Source of the DNA: Elsinoe ampelina
Taxonomy: Eukaryota
Direction: 5' to 3'
Assembly (NCBI GenBank): GCA_010093995.1
Contig: ML992508.1
Span: 964,506 to 1,028,505, forward strand
Length of the DNA stretch: 64,000 nucleotides
In this document: positions 59,433 to 64,000 of the stretch, one piece after another
Layout: every line of letters begins with the position of its first letter
How positions within the stretch are numbered: position 1 is the first letter of the stretch
Notes under the pieces: generated by a model
The model's input: the letters and a program-made list of their open reading frames with translations, nothing else
The model's database searches: none
Told to the model about the DNA's origin: nothing
Program-made: the position numbers and the translations under genes

Positions 59433-61199
59433 ATGTCTCTCTCAATACCCAATGCGCCCAACAGCGGGCTCTTCAAGCCCGGCTACCAAAAGTACGTCTC
59501 CGCACTCGCGCACTCCCTTCCCCTCCCCCCCCCCCTCGGCTACGAATCCGAAGACGGCGCCGTCCTCCGCAACATCGACGCCTGCCGCACCATCGCCAAC
59601 ACGGTTTCCACCTCGTTCGGGCCCTACGGCCGCAACAAAATCGTCATCAACCACCTCCAGAAACTGATCCTGACCAACGACGCGGTGACGATCCTGCGCG
59701 AACTCGACGTCGTGCACCCGGCCGCCAAGCTGCTTGTCATGGCGTCGCAGCAGCAGGAGGCGGAGATGGGGGACGGGACGAACCTCGTCATCGTCTTGGC
59801 GGGGGAGTTGCTGAAGAAGGCCGAGGAGTTGTTGCGTATGGGGCTGAAGACGAGTGATATCGTCGTGGGGTACGAGAGGGCGGGGAAGGTGGCGTTGGAG
59901 GTGTTGGAGGGGTTGGAGGTGGAGGGGGTTCAGGATTTGAGGGATAAGGAGGAGATGGAGAAGGCGTTGAGGGGCGTGATTGGGGCGAAGCAGCAGGGGT
60001 ATGAGGATGTGCTGGCGAGTCTGGTGGCGGAGGCCGTGTTGGCGGTCTTGCCGAAGGATGCGAGGGGGTTTAATGTGGATAATGTGAGGGTGGTGAAGAT
60101 TATGGGGGGGAGTATGGATCAGAGTAGGGTGGTCAAGGGCATGGTGTTTGGACGGGAGCCGGAGGGGACGACGAGGAAGGCGAACAAGGCGAAAGTCGGC
60201 GTGTATTCTTGTCCGATTGATATCAGTCAGACGGAGACGAAGGGGACGGTGTTGTTGAAGAATGCGAAGGAGATGATGGATTTCACAAAGGGTGAGGAGG
60301 CGCAGATGGAGAATGCGGTCAAGGAGTTGTATGATTCGGGTTTGAGGGTGGTAGTTGCGGGCTCGACGGTCGGGGAGTTGGCGATGCATTACCTCAATCG
60401 CTTTGGCATACTGGTCATCAAGGTTCTGAGCAAGTTTGAGCTCAGGCGGTTGTGCAGAGTCGTGGGGGCAACTCCGTTGGCCAGACTAGGCGCACCGATG
60501 CCGGATGAGATGGGCACAGTAGACGTGGTCGAGACGCTGGAAATCGGTGGCGACAGGGTCACGGTCTTCAGACAGGAAAACGAGCAGACACGGACAGCCA
60601 CTCTCGTCCTCAGGGGCGCCACACAGAACCACCTTGACGACATCGAGCGCGCAGTCGACGATGGTGTCAACGTCGTCAAAGCCATCACGAAAGACCCACG
60701 CCTCGTCGCCGGTGCTGGTGCCGCAGAGACGGCGCTGGTCGAGAAGATCAGCGCGGTCGCAGACAAGACACAAGGTCTCGCCCAGTATGCCATCAGGAAA
60801 TACGCGGAGGCATTCGAAGTCGTCCCGCGTCTCCTGGCAGAGAGCGCCGGTCTCGATGCCACCGAAGTCCTCGCCCGTCTTTACACAGCACACAGCAAGG
60901 CTTCATCATCGAAGACCAGCCTCGCGACAAAAGGCAAGGGCAAGACCTCAAAAGACGAAGAGGACAGCGACGATGAGGAGGTCTGCTCGATAGGCGTGGA
61001 TGTCACGAACAGTGAAGGCACAGGGACGATGGACGCTGTGGATGAAGGCGTCCTGGATCTTTTGGTGTCGAAGAGCTGGGCTATCAAGCTCGCTACCGAG
61101 GCGGCGAGAACGGTCTTGAGTGTAGATCAGATTATCGTGGCGAGGCAGGCGGGGGGACCGAAGCCTCCAGGGCCAAACCCGAATTGGGATGAGGATTAG
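59433..61199 (+). CDS. CCT8: T-complex protein 1 theta subunit (CCT8)
   Basis: ATG 59433; SFGPYGRNK, TNDA, GDGTN, FNVDNVRVVKIMGG, SKFELRRLCR, VDQIIVARQAGGPK. A 48-nt intron-like segment at 59492..59539 is discussed in the findings. Confidence 0.95.
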   Translation: MSLSIPNAPNSGLFKPGYQKYVSALAHSLPLPPPLGYESEDGAVLRNIDACRTIANTVSTSFGPYGRNKIVINHLQKLILTNDAVTILRELDVVHPAAKLLVMASQQQEAEMGDGTNLVIVLAGELLKKAEELLRMGLKTSDIVVGYERAGKVALEVLEGLEVEGVQDLRDKEEMEKALRGVIGAKQQGYEDVLASLVAEAVLAVLPKDARGFNVDNVRVVKIMGGSMDQSRVVKGMVFGREPEGTTRKANKAKVGVYSCPIDISQTETKGTVLLKNAKEMMDFTKGEEAQMENAVKELYDSGLRVVVAGSTVGELAMHYLNRFGILVIKVLSKFELRRLCRVVGATPLARLGAPMPDEMGTVDVVETLEIGGDRVTVFRQENEQTRTATLVLRGATQNHLDDIERAVDDGVNVVKAITKDPRLVAGAGAAETALVEKISAVADKTQGLAQYAIRKYAEAFEVVPRLLAESAGLDATEVLARLYTAHSKASSSKTSLATKGKGKTSKDEEDSDDEEVCSIGVDVTNSEGTGTMDAVDEGVLDLLVSKSWAIKLATEAARTVLSVDQIIVARQAGGPKPPGPNPNWDED

Positions 61200-61592
61200 A
61201 TGGGGAGGTTGTAGAAGCTGTATACCATGGGTGGAACGTATAGATGGCTGTGTAATGAACTCCTTCAGAGAAGAATTGTCCAGAATTGTGGTTGACCTGG
61301 GCCTCGTTCTTGTTGCCTCGCCACGCACCCAGAGTGCTCAAGGAACTTCCAATGTTGTCTCACTGTTGACACGTACCTGATCATTGACTGAATAGTATTT
61401 CGGCCTGTTTACTGCGACTCGTCTGTGTGTGTAGCAACAGTAGGTTAATGAACGTCTCTTTTCCCATCAGTTTAATCCTCACAACCCGAAAGATACTACA
61501 AGTTTGTGGCGGGACTAAGGCATTCTCACATTCCTCGCCGATAACCATCTCATACTCTCATGACCAGCCCCGGCTGATATCCTACACCGACG

Positions 61593-62882
61593 ATGTCCTG
61601 CTCCATCTCACCGCCGCCACTCAAACGCCGCCGTCTCTCGCCACCCACCGCTCCACCTTCACCTAACACCCTCCGTATCTTCGCCTGGAACATCAACGGC
61701 ATCGGTCCCTTCCTGCCCCCAGCCCAGAAGCCCATCACCACCTTCTTCACCCCTAACACCTCTCTCTGCCCCTCCTCAGAAACCCCCCAGCACTCCCTCC
61801 GCGCCTTCCTCGCCCGCCACAACTACCCACACCTCCTCCTCCTACAAGAAGTGCACATCTCTTCCACTGACCACGCCAGCCAATCCGCCGTCCGCCGCGC
61901 CGCCAACCTTCCCCCTATCCCCACTTCCTCATCCCCCTCCTTTACCTCCCCCGGCCCCACTTACGAAACGCACTTCACCCTCCCACTCCCCTCCCCGAAC
62001 GCCCGCTCCACCCTCACCCCCTCCCGCCGCGCCCACCACGGCGTCCTAACCCTCATCCGCACCGACTTCCTCTCTTCCCAGCAATGCACCCTCTCCTCAC
62101 CCGCCTGGGACCACGAGGGCCGCTTCTCCATCACCACCACCTCAGGCCTCCACGGCTGGCCCAAGCTGAGCATCTGGAACGTCTACGCCCTCAACGGCAC
62201 CGACTACCCCTTCCGGGACCCAGTGACGGGGCGGCTCCAAGGGACGAGACACGAGCGGAAGCGACAAGTCCACGGTCTACTCCAGCAGGAAGTGAGGAGG
62301 TTGGAGGCGCAGGGGGTACAGGTGGTGTTGGCGGGGGATATGAACATCGCTCGGGATGCACGGGATGGGTGGCCGAGTCTGAGGACCAGGCCGGTGGAGC
62401 ACGTCGTCAACCGGGAGGATTTCGTGGGGAGGTTTTTCGAGGAGGGAGGGGGGAGGGAGGGGTTGGGCATGGTGGATACGTTTCGGGAGGTGAATGGGGA
62501 GGAGGCTAGGGGGTATAGTTATCGGCCGAGGGGGGTGGAGTGGGGGAGTAGTTGTGATAGGGTGGATTATGTGATGGTTTCGAAGGGGTTGAGGGGGAGG
62601 GTCAGGGAGGCGGGGATATTGGAAAGTGAGCAGGAGAGGGGGCCGAGTGATCATGTGCCTGTTTTTGCTACGCTGGATTTTGGTGGTGGGGAGGAGGGAG
62701 GGGAGGGAAGTGAGGAGGGCAGAGAAAAGGAGTGCGAGGAGGAGAGAGACGAGCACGGAGAAGCGAGTTGGAACAAGCAGGATCGGGGCAATGGTAGTGA
62801 GCATGACAAGGAGGAGTCATTGCCGGAGAGGAAAGATGGAAATAGCAGGAAACGAAGTCGATTTAGCAATGGGGTATCTTGA
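61593..62882 (+). CDS. Exonuclease III / AP endonuclease-like EEP-superfamily nuclease
   Basis: LRIFAWNING, LLQE, EGR, NVYA.N, GDMN, DTFR, RVDY and SDH catalytic motifs in order; N-terminal NLS-like PPLKRRR. Confidence 0.88.
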   Translation: MSCSISPPPLKRRRLSPPTAPPSPNTLRIFAWNINGIGPFLPPAQKPITTFFTPNTSLCPSSETPQHSLRAFLARHNYPHLLLLQEVHISSTDHASQSAVRRAANLPPIPTSSSPSFTSPGPTYETHFTLPLPSPNARSTLTPSRRAHHGVLTLIRTDFLSSQQCTLSSPAWDHEGRFSITTTSGLHGWPKLSIWNVYALNGTDYPFRDPVTGRLQGTRHERKRQVHGLLQQEVRRLEAQGVQVVLAGDMNIARDARDGWPSLRTRPVEHVVNREDFVGRFFEEGGGREGLGMVDTFREVNGEEARGYSYRPRGVEWGSSCDRVDYVMVSKGLRGRVREAGILESEQERGPSDHVPVFATLDFGGGEEGGEGSEEGREKECEEERDEHGEASWNKQDRGNGSEHDKEESLPERKDGNSRKRSRFSNGVS

Positions 62883-62965
62883 ACGACCAGCCAACGCCAC
62901 CCCTATGACCGGATACCAGACCCGTGTGAGATTGTGCATACTGTGCATGAGGCATTCGCAGCTCG

Positions 62966-64000
62966 TCAGTGCCCTTTCTCCGGACTGCTACCAGTAGCAC
63001 TTGAGTCCAAGCTAGTTCGAAGACCACTGTCAGAGTAGAGCGAGTCCCTCACTCTTCGCACTGTGCCTTTTGACCCCTTCAGGCCACCGGCATCATAATC
63101 ATCCCCTTTGAACTCCTTCTTCGGCCAGTCCTTACAGATATCAATGTTCTTGCGTGGATAGATGAGCTCAAGAACGGTGTACAGCAGATAGTCGACTACC
63201 ATGCATATCACAAAGAGCTTTCCTGCCCAAACTCCACATCCGTAGTACCGTTTCAAGCGGTCGATCAGGGCAAAGGACTTTGTGTCATCCGTCATAACCA
63301 AGTCGTAGACGTTCTCGGTTCGTTTCGCTACATCGTTCCAGCTATACATCATTCGCACCTGTTCGTGAAAGCGATCTCTTCGTATCACTTGTCGGCCATT
63401 ACCCATAAGCGCATCGACAGCCTCACTAGTAGCACGGACAAGGTCGTCCTCTTCAGGCTTAGCGAAGATCGTCATGTGTCCTGGTAGTACTTCTGGAATA
63501 CCACCGACTCTTGTGCAGACGATGAGCAAGTTGCAGCTCGCGGCTTCCACAAGCACAGTCCCAAATGCTTCTGTAAGCGCCGGGTGGAAGTAGATATGTC
63601 CTCTGACCATGACGTCTCGAACCTCTTCGTGCCGAACTGCGCCGATAAAGTCCACTCGGTCGTGCAGAATGTGTCTATCGAGCATTTGCTCCAAATCTAT
63701 CGCCTTTGGTCCAGATCCAGCAATGATGAAGCGGACATTGGGATGTGCTGCAAGGATCCGTGGGATGGAAGCGATCAACAAATCGGTACCTTTGTTATAG
63801 AAGAGTCTGGAAATGACAACGATATTGATAGGGTCATTGGGTCCAAGCGGCTGAGATGTGATGGGCGGAGGTGGGGGTAACAATGGATTGGCGTGAGGGT
63901 TTGGCGAGTTGACCTCGGACGGATGTAGTGGTCGAAAATTTGATGCCACGACTGCGTTCGGGATGACAGAGACGATCAGAGGATCCAGCGACGCTCTAAG
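62966..64000 (-). CDS. GPI3: GPI-GlcNAc transferase catalytic subunit (Gpi3/Spt14, PIG-A), 3' part; 5' end is outside the window
   Basis: Frame open from the window edge (LRASLDPLIVSVIPNAV), ISRLFYNKGTDLL, GT4 motif LTEAFGTVLVEAASC..TRVGGIPEVLP, and a C-terminal TM after YYGCGVWAGKLF. Confidence 0.93.
   Translation of the reverse strand, partial: LRASLDPLIVSVIPNAVVASNFRPLHPSEVNSPNPHANPLLPPPPPITSQPLGPNDPINIVVISRLFYNKGTDLLIASIPRILAAHPNVRFIIAGSGPKAIDLEQMLDRHILHDRVDFIGAVRHEEVRDVMVRGHIYFHPALTEAFGTVLVEAASCNLLIVCTRVGGIPEVLPGHMTIFAKPEEDDLVRATSEAVDALMGNGRQVIRRDRFHEQVRMMYSWNDVAKRTENVYDLVMTDDTKSFALIDRLKRYYGCGVWAGKLFVICMVVDYLLYTVLELIYPRKNIDICKDWPKKEFKGDDYDAGGLKGSKGTVRRVRDSLYSDSGLRTSLDSSATGSSPEKGH

Noticed and set aside
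1..64000. tRNA/rRNA genes, transposons or RIP-type AT-rich blocks
   Set aside because: None recognised by eye: no cloverleaf with A/B boxes, TIRs, LTRs, or transposase/RT motifs. A tRNAscan, Infernal and RepeatMasker run would be needed to exclude them formally.

Overview
Gene-dense eukaryotic window from a filamentous ascomycete (Pezizomycotina; the proteins and short CTRAY-branch-point introns look Dothideomycete-like, but taxon is inference). Recognisable genes: allantoate-permease-type MFS transporter, SWD1 (head-to-head with RPB1), RPB1, a CBM21/RVxF PP1 glycogen-targeting subunit, BolA3-type protein, P4-ATPase DRS2, CRIPT, SDS22, ISY1, a Zn2Cys6 transcription factor, a second MFS transporter, a large probably mitochondrial helical-repeat protein, PSR1/SCP-type phosphatase, CCT8, an ExoIII/EEP nuclease and the 3' part of GPI3/PIG-A, plus orphan ORFs and a ~10 kb gene-poor stretch. 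Standout: the RPB1 C-terminal domain, which the ORF track truncates at 10128, continues through 12 further introns to a stop at 11477-11479. Every one of these introns is phase 2 in the heptad-position-4 codon, every internal exon is a multiple of 3 nt, and seven exons are exactly 21 nt (one heptad each). This layout would let splicing change CTD length and composition in frame. Also noted: repeated sharp C-rich to G-rich strand-skew switches independent of gene orientation, an apparent excess of GC-AG introns, and a CCT8 intron lacking its AG acceptor. All exon boundaries were parsed by hand and have no transcript support.
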